DNA of 64,000 nucleotides from an uncultured bacterium. GTDB taxonomy: Bacteria; Planctomycetota; UBA1135; GCA-002686595. A program made the translations under genes and the position numbers. Below are positions 21,699-31,202 of this stretch, piece by piece. The notes under the pieces were generated by a model that had not been told where the DNA came from, made no database searches, and saw nothing but the letters and a program-made list of their open reading frames with translations. Numbering within the stretch: the first letter of the stretch is position 1; every line of letters starts with the position of its first letter. Location: assembly GCA_943787795.1 (NCBI GenBank), contig CALSNU010000001.1:128001-192000 (forward strand). The letters run 5' to 3'.

Positions 21699-22251
21699 TC
21701 AGGTGCGGTAGCAGCCAGAGGTAGACGCCTGAGATCCACAGGCCCAGCAGGATCACCGCCGCTGGCAGGAAGATCCAGAGCTTGGCACCCTCGGCGAAGA
21801 ACGACCCGTCGTGGATGGACTCGATCAGATCCGAGCGACGATAGCTGGCCTGGAGCACCTCGCCCGTCGCTGCGTCAAGTTGGACCTCCCAGCGGTTCTT
21901 TCCCCGGACCTTGAGCATGCCCTTGCCGGGCCGGACGTCCAGTCGGTCGACGTCGTCCCAGGTCTTGATCCCTGCCTCGTCGACGCTCGCGGCGCCCGCG
22001 AGGATGGTGTCCCAGCTCACCTCGAGCCCCGCGGTCGAGCCGCGCACGGTCAGGGGCTGGACGAAGGACCAGTCCTTCTTGAGCTGCAGGAAGAGGCCGC
22101 TGACCACGATGACGAGGACGGGGAGCGCTGAGATCAGCGCGCCTACTCGGTGGAGCCGGCGGTTGAGCTTCGGCGCCCGGCTCTTTCGCGCGTGAGCCGC
22201 TGTGGCGGTCGGCTGCGAAGAGCGGCGAGTGCGATCCTCGGAGTCGGTCAT
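21676..22251 (-). CDS. PepSY-associated TM helix membrane protein
   Basis: RRLHRVG...SGLFLQLKKD, DVDRLDVRPGKG, EVQLDAATGEVL, IESIHDGSFF and a C-terminal TM. Confidence 0.85.
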   Translation of the reverse strand: MTDSEDRTRRSSQPTATAAHARKSRAPKLNRRLHRVGALISALPVLVIVVSGLFLQLKKDWSFVQPLTVRGSTAGLEVSWDTILAGAASVDEAGIKTWDDVDRLDVRPGKGMLKVRGKNRWEVQLDAATGEVLQASYRRSDLIESIHDGSFFAEGAKLWIFLPAAVILLGLWISGVYLWLLPHLIRRRRRA

Positions 22252-23699
22252 CGGTTCGGCGCGGCGAAGCGCGCGAGGTCGAGTGGAGCGCCCGTGAGCG
22301 AGCGGAGAAAGGCCACGAGGTCAGCCTGCTCCTCCTTCGTCAGCCCGAGCGGTACGAGGATCTTCTCCGTCGTTCCTGTCGCCCTCGCAGTCTCCCTTGT
22401 GGCGTAGAACGACACGACCTCTTCGAGGGTCTCAAAGGCGCCGTTGTGCATGTACGGAGGGGTCGAGGCGACGCTCCGAAGGGACGGGGTCTTGAACTCT
22501 CCGGGTCCGTGCGCGTGGCCCGCAGCGGGCAGGAAGTCCACCTTCACTCCGGCCGGCCCCTCGGGATCATCCGACCAGCGAGACCGGACGCCGAACTCAA
22601 AGGCGCGCAGGGCCTCGAGTCCGCGGGCGCGACCCGGGTCGTCTACCGGCGCGCCCGGAACTTCCGGGACCCCCGTATCGTGGAACTCGAGATCGGTGAA
22701 GAGCGGGCCGCCGTGGCACGAGATGCAGCGAGCCTTGCCGACGAACAGCTCGAAGCCGCGGGCGGCGCTGTCGCTCAGACTCGCGACCCCCGCGGGGTCC
22801 CCCTCGCGGAGGCCAGCGACGAAGCGGTCGAAAGGAGCGTCCCTGGACTCGATCAGGCGCTGGAATGCGGCGAGGGCCTTCCCGACGTTGACGAAGACGC
22901 TGGTCACGGCCTCCTGGTCCTCGGCGGCCATGGCGTCCCAGGCTCGCTGGTGGGGGTGGCGGAAGCCGCTGCCGAAGAGGTGGGTGTGGTGCTCCTCATC
23001 GCCCCGCTTCGCGCGGGCGTGCTCGTCCGCAAGCTGGTGGGCTCGGTCATTGGCGGGCACGGGGCGGGCGATCGCGGGGAAGCGCAGGGCATCCTCGAGG
23101 GGGGGGAGCGCCCCGAAGACGCGCTCGTACCTCTGGCGGAGCTCCGCGTCGTCATGGATCGCGTGCGCGACTCCGGCCCGCGTGAAGGCGTGTTCGAGGG
23201 GGTCCTCGATGGGGACGAGCGACTGGGACCACAGGCTGTCGGCACGGCCGTCCCAGAAGAACCAACGCTGGTGCGCGAGGTTCCAGAGCGGCATGGTGTG
23301 CCGCTCGAGGGGCAGCACACCGAGGGCGAGGCGCCGGCCATCCACGAAGGACTGCTCGGGGAGATGACAGGTGGCGCAGGACACGTCGCCGTCCTTGGAG
23401 AGCGCGGTCGAGTGGAAGAGCAATCGACCGAGCTCCGCCGCTTGCGGGTCGGCGTCGAAGAGGTTGGTGGGGTCGACCGGCGCGGGTGGAACGGGCGACA
23501 TGCGGAGCGCGGCCTGGACCGCCGCTGCGCTGATGGGGGCCGGACTCCCCCCCGCGAACCCGCCGTGAGGGCCAGCGGGAGAAGCGGTCAAGGCGTCCCG
23601 TTGGGGGGCCGGCCCGTCACCGCAGGCGGAGAAGGCCCAGAGGACCCCGAGGGCGAGCGCAGCGGGCCGAGCGCCGGCGGTGGGCAGCGTGCGGCTCAC
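22248..23699 (-). CDS. Di-heme cytochrome c peroxidase family (bCcP/MauG/MbnH superfamily) lipoprotein
   Basis: Lipobox FSAC, CATCH, WFFWDGRA, CISCH and FKTPSLR...PYMHNG. Confidence 0.9.
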   Translation of the reverse strand: MSRTLPTAGARPAALALGVLWAFSACGDGPAPQRDALTASPAGPHGGFAGGSPAPISAAAVQAALRMSPVPPAPVDPTNLFDADPQAAELGRLLFHSTALSKDGDVSCATCHLPEQSFVDGRRLALGVLPLERHTMPLWNLAHQRWFFWDGRADSLWSQSLVPIEDPLEHAFTRAGVAHAIHDDAELRQRYERVFGALPPLEDALRFPAIARPVPANDRAHQLADEHARAKRGDEEHHTHLFGSGFRHPHQRAWDAMAAEDQEAVTSVFVNVGKALAAFQRLIESRDAPFDRFVAGLREGDPAGVASLSDSAARGFELFVGKARCISCHGGPLFTDLEFHDTGVPEVPGAPVDDPGRARGLEALRAFEFGVRSRWSDDPEGPAGVKVDFLPAAGHAHGPGEFKTPSLRSVASTPPYMHNGAFETLEEVVSFYATRETARATGTTEKILVPLGLTKEEQADLVAFLRSLTGAPLDLARFAAPNR

Positions 23700-24214
23700 A
23701 GCGTGATCGTGTCGTCAGCGGTGGAGGCCAGGCCGTCGATGGAGGCGCTGATGGAGATCGACCACTCACCTCCCATGTGCAGGAGGAGGCCCCGGACCCG
23801 GTAGACGCCGCCGCCGATGTGCTCGGTGCGGGGCTCGCGGAGCATGCCGTGACCGTGAGCTGGCATGAAGCAGGTCATGGACACCTCGGCGTCCTCGAGG
23901 AGTGGGCTGGCCGGGGCGCCCGCGGGGGCGCCCATCGCGCGCCGCACCGTGACATCTGCCTCGAAGTGCTCGTTGACAGGGACCTCGCCTCCCACTGGTT
24001 TCCAGGAGAGCACGAGTTGGCCGTCGCGGGTGAGGCGCTCCCTGGGCTCAGTGACCGCGAGGGCGTAGCGGTCCGGCTGGGCCGTTGCTGTTTCCACGGC
24101 GGCCCCCGCCGCTCCGGGCGGCGTGTCGCCTCCGGTGCAGCTGACCAGCAGCACCACGAGGAGCGGCAAGGAGAGGACCGGGTGGCGCCGGATGGCCATG
24201 GAGTCGATGCCCAT
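23696..24214 (-). CDS. YtkA-like lipoprotein
   Basis: Lipobox LVSC; MPAHGHGM...GVYRVRGLLLHMGGEW is typical of YtkA-like Ig-fold domains. Confidence 0.75.
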   Translation of the reverse strand: MGIDSMAIRRHPVLSLPLLVVLLVSCTGGDTPPGAAGAAVETATAQPDRYALAVTEPRERLTRDGQLVLSWKPVGGEVPVNEHFEADVTVRRAMGAPAGAPASPLLEDAEVSMTCFMPAHGHGMLREPRTEHIGGGVYRVRGLLLHMGGEWSISISASIDGLASTADDTITL

Positions 24215-24263
24215 GGGCACACTGTAGCCCTCCAGCGCGGCTCATTCCCGGCTTCGTCGCCAG

Positions 24264-25967
24264 TCAGCCGCCCTTCTTCTCGATCTTCGACCAGCTGTCT
24301 CGGAGCGTCACAGCGCGGTTGAACTCGACGCCGTCCCCGTCGGTGCGAATGAAGTAGCCGAGGCGCTCGAACTGGAAGCGCTCGCCCGCCTGGGAGTCTC
24401 CGAGCGCCGGCTCGAGCTTTGCGTCCTCGATGGTCTCGAGGGAGTTGGGGTTGAGGTCCTCCTCCAGGGTGCGGCCGTCCGTACCAGGGCGGGGAACCTG
24501 GAACAGGTGGTCATAGAGGTGGACGCGGGCGTCCACCGCGTCGCGGGCGCTGACCCAGTGGATCACGCCCTTGACCTTCTTCTCACCCTCGGGGGTGACG
24601 CCGCCGCCGGTGCGCGGGTCATAGGTGCAGCGCAGCTCGACGAGCTCGCCGGCATCGTCCTTGACGACCTCGTCGCAGCGGATCACGTACCCGAAGCGCA
24701 GGCGGACCTGGCCCTCGGGGCGGAGCCGGAAGAACTTCTTCGGCGCGTCTTCCCTGAAGTCGTCCTGGTCGATCCAGATCTCGCGCGTGAGGAACACGGG
24801 CCGCGTGGAGCTGTCCTCGAGCTGAGGGTTGTCCACCGCCGCGCACTCCACGGCCTCGCCGTCCTCGAGGTTCGTGATCACGACCTTGATCGGGCGGAGC
24901 ACCGCCATGCGCCGCAGCGCGTGCTCGTTGAGGTCCTTACGCAGGGCGTTCTCGAGGAGGTGCAGGTCGTGGGTCGCGTTGAACTTGGTGACCCCGACCC
25001 CCTCGCAGAAGCTGCGGATCGCCGCCGGGGTGTAGCCGCGCCGGCGCAGGCCGCGAATGGTCGGCATGCGCGGGTCGTCCCAGCCGGTCACGTGGCCGCC
25101 CTCGACGAGGACCTGGAGCTTGCGCTTCGAGGTGATCGTGAAGGTGGGGTTCAGGCGGGCGAACTCGATCTGGCGCGGGCTGGAGATGCCGTCGATGTGC
25201 TCGAGGAACCACTCGTAGAGCGGACGGTGGTTCTCGAACTCCAGGCTGCAGAGCGAGTGGGTGATGCCCTCGATGGCGTCCGACTGCCCGTGGGCGAAGT
25301 CATACATCGGGTAGATGCACCACGCGTCCCCGGTGCGGTGGTGGTGCGCCCGCGCGATGCGATAGAGCACCGGATCCCGCATGTTGAAGTTCGGGGACGA
25401 CATGTCGATCTTGGCGCGCAGGGTGTGGGCGCCGTCCTCGAACTCGCCCGCGCGCATGCGGCGGAACAGGTCGAGGTTCTCCTCGGCCGAGCGGTTGCGG
25501 GTCGGGCTGTCCTTGCCCGGCTCGGTCGCGGTCCCGCGGTACTCGCGGGTCTGTTCGGCGCTGAGGTCACAGACGTAGGCGAGCCCCTTCTCGATCAGCT
25601 GCTCGGCAAATCCGAAGAGCTGGTCGAAGTAGTCCGAGGCGAAGTACTCGCCGCCGCCCCACTCGTACCCCAGCCAGCGTACGTCCTCGCGGATCGCGTC
25701 CACGAACTCCTGATCCTCCTTGGCGGGGTTCGTGTCGTCGAACCGCAGGTTGGTCTGCCCGCCGTAGCGCGCCGCGATCCCGAAGCCCGTGCTGATGGCC
25801 TTGGCGTGACCGATGTGCAGGTAGCCGTTCGGCTCCGGTGGGAAGCGGGTCAGCACCCGCCCGCCGAATCGGCCAGACTCGATGTCCTTCTCCACCTCCA
25901 GTTCGACGAAGTTCCGGTGGTCAGCGGCGTCAGTGCCCTCAGGGGCGTCTTGATTGGGGGTGGCCAT
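24264..25967 (-). CDS. glnS: Glutamine--tRNA ligase
   Basis: TRFPPEPNGYLHIGHAK, LRFDDTNP, IYPMYDFAH, ITHSLCSLEF, TSKRKL, FQFERLGYF. Confidence 0.97.
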   Translation of the reverse strand: MATPNQDAPEGTDAADHRNFVELEVEKDIESGRFGGRVLTRFPPEPNGYLHIGHAKAISTGFGIAARYGGQTNLRFDDTNPAKEDQEFVDAIREDVRWLGYEWGGGEYFASDYFDQLFGFAEQLIEKGLAYVCDLSAEQTREYRGTATEPGKDSPTRNRSAEENLDLFRRMRAGEFEDGAHTLRAKIDMSSPNFNMRDPVLYRIARAHHHRTGDAWCIYPMYDFAHGQSDAIEGITHSLCSLEFENHRPLYEWFLEHIDGISSPRQIEFARLNPTFTITSKRKLQVLVEGGHVTGWDDPRMPTIRGLRRRGYTPAAIRSFCEGVGVTKFNATHDLHLLENALRKDLNEHALRRMAVLRPIKVVITNLEDGEAVECAAVDNPQLEDSSTRPVFLTREIWIDQDDFREDAPKKFFRLRPEGQVRLRFGYVIRCDEVVKDDAGELVELRCTYDPRTGGGVTPEGEKKVKGVIHWVSARDAVDARVHLYDHLFQVPRPGTDGRTLEEDLNPNSLETIEDAKLEPALGDSQAGERFQFERLGYFIRTDGDGVEFNRAVTLRDSWSKIEKKGG

Positions 25968-26035
25968 GGTGGTCGTGGGTCGCTCTTGAGCCGAGGAGTG
26001 TACGCAGGCGCCGCCTCCTGCGTACCCTGACCGCC

Positions 26036-27088
26036 GTGAAGCGCTCCGAACCGCTCGATGGACTCCGCGGAGTCGCGGTGCTCATGGTGCTGCTATCCCA
26101 CGCGAGCAACGGAGGCCATGACCTGGTCCCCGGGCTAGATGCCAGCGGGATCGGCCGCAGCGGGGTCTTCCTCTTCTTCCTCCTCTCGAGCTTCCTCCTC
26201 ACCTCCCAGGTCCTCGGTCGTGCGGACGCGGGCGAAGGCGTGGGCTGGGGCCGGTTCGCCGTGCGGCGTCTCGCGCGGGTCGTCCCGGCCTTCGCGGTGT
26301 GCCTCGGCGTCTACGTGGCGCTCGGCGAGTTCTCCTCCGGCGTGGCGCTCCAGCACCTGGTCTTCCTGCGCGGGGAGGCGCACTTCTGGACGGTCCCGGT
26401 CGAGGTGCTCTTCTACATCTCGCTTCCTGCCTTGGGTCTGGTCCTGTCCGCGCTCCCTGGGGTGCCGGCCAGGGCTCTCGTATTGACCGCCGGGATCGCC
26501 GCCCTCTCCAGGCTCTTCCCGCCCGACTATCCGGCCAAGGCCCCTGACTTCACGCCCAACGTCCTGCCCTTCATGCCAGTCTTCCTGACCGGCTCCCTGC
26601 TCGCGGTCGTCGGGCCTCGCCTCTCGTCGCTCCGGGGTCGGGGAGGTCGGGCGCTCGCCTGGGCCGGCGGGATGGGCGCCCTCGGGATGCTCCTGCTCAC
26701 GCCGAGCGTGGCGTCGGTCGTCCTCGGGGAGGCGGTCCCGCACCGCCGCTTCCACCTCTGGTTCCTCGGGCACGCGGCGCTGTGGTCCCTCGTCCTGATG
26801 GCGTGCATCGTGCCGCCAGGGGCGCCGCTCCGGCGAGTCCTCTCTTGGGGACCTCTGACCGCGCTAGGGCGGATCAGCTACAGCGTCTACCTCTACCACG
26901 CCATGGCCCTCGCCCTCGCCGCTGCGCACCCGCCGGGCGGCCATGGCGGCTGGGTCGGTCCCATCGGTGTCGCCCTCTCAATCGTCCTCGGGGGCCTCAG
27001 CTACGCCCTCGTGGAGCGGCCCTCCCTCAGGGTTTCTCGAAGTGGGGGGGCGCAACTGCCCCTCCCGAAGGACGCCTCACCGGGCTGA
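26036..27088 (+). CDS. Acyltransferase family 3 (OafA-like) membrane protein
   Basis: LDGLRGVAVLMVLLSH, GVFLFFLLSSFL, RRLARVVP, HFWTVPVE, LGRISYSVYLYH, SYALVERP. Confidence 0.9.
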   Translation: MKRSEPLDGLRGVAVLMVLLSHASNGGHDLVPGLDASGIGRSGVFLFFLLSSFLLTSQVLGRADAGEGVGWGRFAVRRLARVVPAFAVCLGVYVALGEFSSGVALQHLVFLRGEAHFWTVPVEVLFYISLPALGLVLSALPGVPARALVLTAGIAALSRLFPPDYPAKAPDFTPNVLPFMPVFLTGSLLAVVGPRLSSLRGRGGRALAWAGGMGALGMLLLTPSVASVVLGEAVPHRRFHLWFLGHAALWSLVLMACIVPPGAPLRRVLSWGPLTALGRISYSVYLYHAMALALAAAHPPGGHGGWVGPIGVALSIVLGGLSYALVERPSLRVSRSGGAQLPLPKDASPG

Positions 27089-27278
27089 CCCGTGAGCGCC
27101 CAGGCCGTGCTCTTCGGCCTTGCAGGGGCGGTGGCGCCGTACCTGGGTGACATTGAGACCCATGCGCGCTGGCCCCGTATCGGGGGCGCCGGGCAATCTC
27201 CGGGAACCGAGGACGGCTCCCTGTCCTCTGGAAGCATGGTGGCCTCCCTCCCCCCGGAGACCCCGGTAGAATTCCGTC

Positions 27279-28922
27279 ATGAGCCAAGCCGTCCGCACGC
27301 CCTTTGTCTCGCTCGTCCTCGGCACCGCGCTCGCCAGCGCGGCCTCCGCTCAGGGATACCTGACAGCGCCCGTCGCTCCGCCGGAGAACCCGGTCACAGC
27401 AGAGAAGGCGGTCCTGGGCAAGGTCCTGTTCTGGGACGAGCAGCTCTCCAGCGACGGCTCGATGGCCTGCGGCACCTGCCACATCCCGTCCGTGGGGGGC
27501 GCCGAGCTCCGCTCAGGGCCGGGGACCCGCTTCCCTGGACCGGACGGCGTCCTCGGGACGGCAGACGACGGATTCGGTTCGCCCGGCGTGGTCAACACCG
27601 ATGGCTTCGGTCACTTCGCGCCCTCTGCGCTCTTCGGGCTCGATCCCCAGGTGACTGGCCGGTACGCGCCGAGCCCGATCACCGCGGGCTACTTCCAGGA
27701 CCTGTTCTGGGATGGCCGGGCGACGAGCAAGTTCACGGACCCGCTGACGGGCGCGACGGCCATCGCCTCCGGCGGCGCGCTCGAGTCGCAGTCCCTCGGA
27801 CCGCTGCTCTCCGACGTTGAGATGGCGGAGCCGGCGCGGGGCTTCGCTGACCTCTCGGCGCGGATCGCCGGCGCGCGGCCCCTGGCCCTCGCCACGAACC
27901 TGCCCCAGGACGTCCAGTTCGCGCTCCAGTCCCACCCCACGTACCCCGACCTGTTCACCCAGGCGTTCGGCACGGCCGACATCACGCCGGTGCGGATCGC
28001 CTTCGCGCTGGCGACGTACCAGCGGACCCTCGTCGCGGACCAGACCCCCTGGGACGACTTCCAGCGCGGCGTCTCCGGCGCGCTCACGGCCCAGCAGCAG
28101 CGGGGCATGGTGGCCTTCGAGTCCACGGCTGCCTGCGCGGTCTGCCACACGCCGCCGCTGTTCGCGAACGACAACTATCACGCCCTCGCGCTGCGGCCCT
28201 CGTCCGAGGACATCGGCCGCGCGGCGGTGACGGGTTACCCCTGGGACGAGGGCAAGTTCAAGACGCCCTCCCTGCGCAACGTGGCGCTGCGGACCCACTG
28301 GTTCCACAACGGTGCCCCCCAGATGCAGGACCTGCGCGACACGGTGGCCATCTACGGCACCGGCGTCGGCGGCGGCTTTGACAACCTCGACCCCGTGCTG
28401 AACGGCCTGATCATCCCGCCGGCCGATGTGGATGACATCACCGAGTTCCTCCACGCGCTCACCGATCCCCGGGTCGCCGCGGAGTCCTACCCCTTCGACC
28501 GGCCGACCCTGCGCTTCGAGCGCGCGGTCCCGAACCCCGAGCCCACGGGCCTGGGTGCGGTGGCCGGCACTGGTGGTACGGCCCCGGAGTTGATCCTGAC
28601 GCCGGCACCCTTCCTGGGGTCCGAGAACTTCCGTGTGGGCCTCTCCGGAGGCCTCGGGGGCGCCTTCGGCGCCATGCGACTGCGTGTGCTCGACCTGGGC
28701 GGCTTCCCCGGAGCGATTGGTCTTCGCACCCTGCCGCTGCCGGGCGGCCCCATCGTGCTCGACGGCGTGGGCCCCGGCGAGGGCTACGCGACGTGGAGCT
28801 TCCCGCTGACCGCTACTCCGGCGCTCCTGGGCCTCAAGCTCGAGGGGCAGTGGTGGGTCCGCGACGCGGCCGCGCCGGGCGGGGTCGCGCGCTCCGAGCG
28901 CTTCGTCATGACGGTGGAGTGA
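27279..28922 (+). CDS. Secreted di-heme cytochrome c peroxidase-family protein with extra C-terminal beta domain
   Basis: Signal peptide, PPENP...LGKVLFWDEQLS, CGTCH, LFWDGRA, CAVCH and FKTPSLRNV...WFHNG. Confidence 0.9.
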   Translation: MSQAVRTPFVSLVLGTALASAASAQGYLTAPVAPPENPVTAEKAVLGKVLFWDEQLSSDGSMACGTCHIPSVGGAELRSGPGTRFPGPDGVLGTADDGFGSPGVVNTDGFGHFAPSALFGLDPQVTGRYAPSPITAGYFQDLFWDGRATSKFTDPLTGATAIASGGALESQSLGPLLSDVEMAEPARGFADLSARIAGARPLALATNLPQDVQFALQSHPTYPDLFTQAFGTADITPVRIAFALATYQRTLVADQTPWDDFQRGVSGALTAQQQRGMVAFESTAACAVCHTPPLFANDNYHALALRPSSEDIGRAAVTGYPWDEGKFKTPSLRNVALRTHWFHNGAPQMQDLRDTVAIYGTGVGGGFDNLDPVLNGLIIPPADVDDITEFLHALTDPRVAAESYPFDRPTLRFERAVPNPEPTGLGAVAGTGGTAPELILTPAPFLGSENFRVGLSGGLGGAFGAMRLRVLDLGGFPGAIGLRTLPLPGGPIVLDGVGPGEGYATWSFPLTATPALLGLKLEGQWWVRDAAAPGGVARSERFVMTVE

Positions 28923-29035
28923 GCGCGAGGGCGCCCCGCGTGAGGGGCTCCAGCGCGCCGGCGCCTCCCGGCGCCCTGCGGCTGCGCGGGCAAGGGAGCG
29001 CGGGCGAGCGTGAGCCGCTGGCGTATGCTCTGCCC

Positions 29036-30160
29036 ATGACCTCATCCAGCAACGACCGCGCGGCCACTCTTCGGCGTCGGGACCTCATCGGCGGCGCGGC
29101 GGCGGGCGCTGCGCTCGCCTCATGCGGAGGTGGCGAAGGCGGTCCGGCCGTCCACACCGGCGACAAGCGCATCCAGTGGCGCATGCAGTCGAGCTTTCCC
29201 AGCACGCTGGACACCATGTTCGGGTCTGCGGAGACCTTCTGCGATCAGGTGGCGGCCATGACCGACGGGCGCTTTCGGATCCGCCCGTACCAGGCCGGCG
29301 AGATCGTGCCCGGCCTTGAGGTGCTCGACGCGGTGCAGAAGGGCTCGGTCCACATGGGACAAACCGCTGGCTACTACTACATCGGCAAGGCGCCAATGCT
29401 CGCCTTCGAGACCTGCGTCCCCTTCGGTCTCAACGCGCGCCAGCAGTCCGCGTGGCTTGACGAGGCCGGCGGCGCCGAGCTCATCGGCGAGGTCCTCGCC
29501 GACTTCAACTGCGTCGCGCTGGCGGGGGGAAACACCGGGACCCAGATGGGGGGGTGGTTTCGCAAGGAGGTCAGCTCGGTGCAGGACCTGCAGGGACTGA
29601 AGATGCGTATCCCCGGCCTCGGCGGGAAGGTGATGGCGGAGCTCGGCGTCTCGGTCAAGAGCCTGCCGGGCGGGGAGATCTATCAGGCGCTGGAGCGGGG
29701 CGCCATCGACGCCACGGAGTGGGTCGGCCCCTACGACGACCAGAAGCTCGGCTTCTACGAGGTCGCCAAGAACTACTACTTCCCGGGCTGGTGGGAGCCG
29801 GGCCCTCACCTCTCCTTCTACGTGAACAAGGACCAGTGGGAGGCCCTGCCCGAGTCGTACCGCGCCGTGCTCGGCGCCGCCTCGAAGGAGGCCGCGCGGA
29901 CCATGCAGACCCGCTACGACGCCAGGAACCCTGGCGCCCTGGCCGAGCTCCGCACCCGAGACCTCACGATCCGCCCCTTCGCAGACTCGATCATGACGGC
30001 GGCTCGCGACGCCTCCGAGCAGCTCCTCTCGGACTCCGCGGCGGGAGACGCCGCCTACGGCAAGCTCCTCAACCACTGGCGCAAGTTCCGCGACGAGAGC
30101 TTCGGGTGGTTCGGGACCGCCGAGCTGTCCTACGCCAAGTTCGCCTTCCCGGGACGCTGA
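29036..30160 (+). CDS. dctP: TRAP transporter substrate-binding protein (TakP-like) with Tat/lipoprotein signal
   Basis: LRRRDLI...LASC, WRMQSSFP, GNTGTQMGGWF, KMRIPGLGG, EWVGPYDD, YYFPGWWE. Confidence 0.92.
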   Translation: MTSSSNDRAATLRRRDLIGGAAAGAALASCGGGEGGPAVHTGDKRIQWRMQSSFPSTLDTMFGSAETFCDQVAAMTDGRFRIRPYQAGEIVPGLEVLDAVQKGSVHMGQTAGYYYIGKAPMLAFETCVPFGLNARQQSAWLDEAGGAELIGEVLADFNCVALAGGNTGTQMGGWFRKEVSSVQDLQGLKMRIPGLGGKVMAELGVSVKSLPGGEIYQALERGAIDATEWVGPYDDQKLGFYEVAKNYYFPGWWEPGPHLSFYVNKDQWEALPESYRAVLGAASKEAARTMQTRYDARNPGALAELRTRDLTIRPFADSIMTAARDASEQLLSDSAAGDAAYGKLLNHWRKFRDESFGWFGTAELSYAKFAFPGR

Positions 30161-30161
30161 G

Positions 30162-31034
30162 ATGGTCATCACTTCATTCAACTCCGGGCTCCTCCGCCTC
30201 GCCCTCGTCGGGGTCGCCGCTCTCCTCTCCTCCTTCGCCAACGCCGAGGACCCGGAGCCCGCGCCTCCCTCGATCCGGGCGCTCACGGCCAACGTCCGCT
30301 ACGGGACGGCCGGGGACGGGGCCCACGCGTGGCCGCTCCGGCGAGAGCTGACGCTGGACACGCTGGAGGCGGCCAGGCCAGACGTCCTTGGCCTGCAGGA
30401 GGCGCTGCTCTTCCAGCTGGACGCCGTGCGCGCGCGCTTCCCGCATCACCTCGTGATTGGCGAGGGGCGAGACGGTGGCGACCGGGGGGAGTGGACCGCG
30501 CTCCTGGTCGATGGTCGTCGCTTCACCGTGCGGGCCGCCGGGACGTTCCGGCTCGCGCCGGAGGACGAGCTCGGCGCGGTGGGCTGGGACGCCGCACTGA
30601 CCCGTATCGCGACCTGGGCCGAGCTCGCTGACCGCGAGGACGGCGGGCGGGTGATCCGGGTGATCAACACGCACTTCGACCACGTTGGCAAGCAGGCCCG
30701 CCTCGAGAGCGCGCGGCTCATCGGCCGCTTCGCGGCGGACCGAGCGGAGCTCCCGACGGTGGTGCTCGGCGACTTCAACGCGGGCGAGAAGAGCCCGCCG
30801 CTGGCGGCCTTCGCCGAGGCGGGCTTCCGCGACACGTTCCGGGACGCCAACCCCGACGAGCCCGACGTCAAGACCGGCCACTGGTTCCAGGGCGGCCGCA
30901 GCGGGGCCATGATCGACCACGTCATGGTCGATCGCCGCCTCGAGACCGTCGAGGCCTGGATCGACTGGACCGAGGCCGAAGGGCAGTACCCGAGCGACCA
31001 CCGCTTCGTCGGGGCGGTCGTCCGGCGGCGGTGA
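30162..31034 (+). CDS. Endonuclease/exonuclease/phosphatase family protein, secreted
   Basis: TANVRY, DVLGLQE, NTHFDH, LGDFNA, IDHV, PSDH. Confidence 0.92.
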   Translation: MVITSFNSGLLRLALVGVAALLSSFANAEDPEPAPPSIRALTANVRYGTAGDGAHAWPLRRELTLDTLEAARPDVLGLQEALLFQLDAVRARFPHHLVIGEGRDGGDRGEWTALLVDGRRFTVRAAGTFRLAPEDELGAVGWDAALTRIATWAELADREDGGRVIRVINTHFDHVGKQARLESARLIGRFAADRAELPTVVLGDFNAGEKSPPLAAFAEAGFRDTFRDANPDEPDVKTGHWFQGGRSGAMIDHVMVDRRLETVEAWIDWTEAEGQYPSDHRFVGAVVRRR

Positions 31035-31107
31035 GCTCGCTCGGCCTCGGGCGCCTCTCAGGCAGGCCCTGGTCCGTCAGACCCCACGCCGCGAAACACT
31101 GCGCCGT

Positions 31108-31146
31108 CAGGCTCTCTACCGGCAGGCTCTCTACCGGCAGGCTCTC
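31108..31146. repeat. 15-bp tandem repeat (caggctctctaccgg) x2.6 between convergent genes
   Basis: Units at 31108 and 31123, with a partial unit at 31138. Confidence 0.85.
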
Positions 31147-31202
31147 AGCAAGAGGGCTCACCACCGCCAGGCGCGTAGCGGGAGAAGAGCGCCTGCCGGG
31201 GG

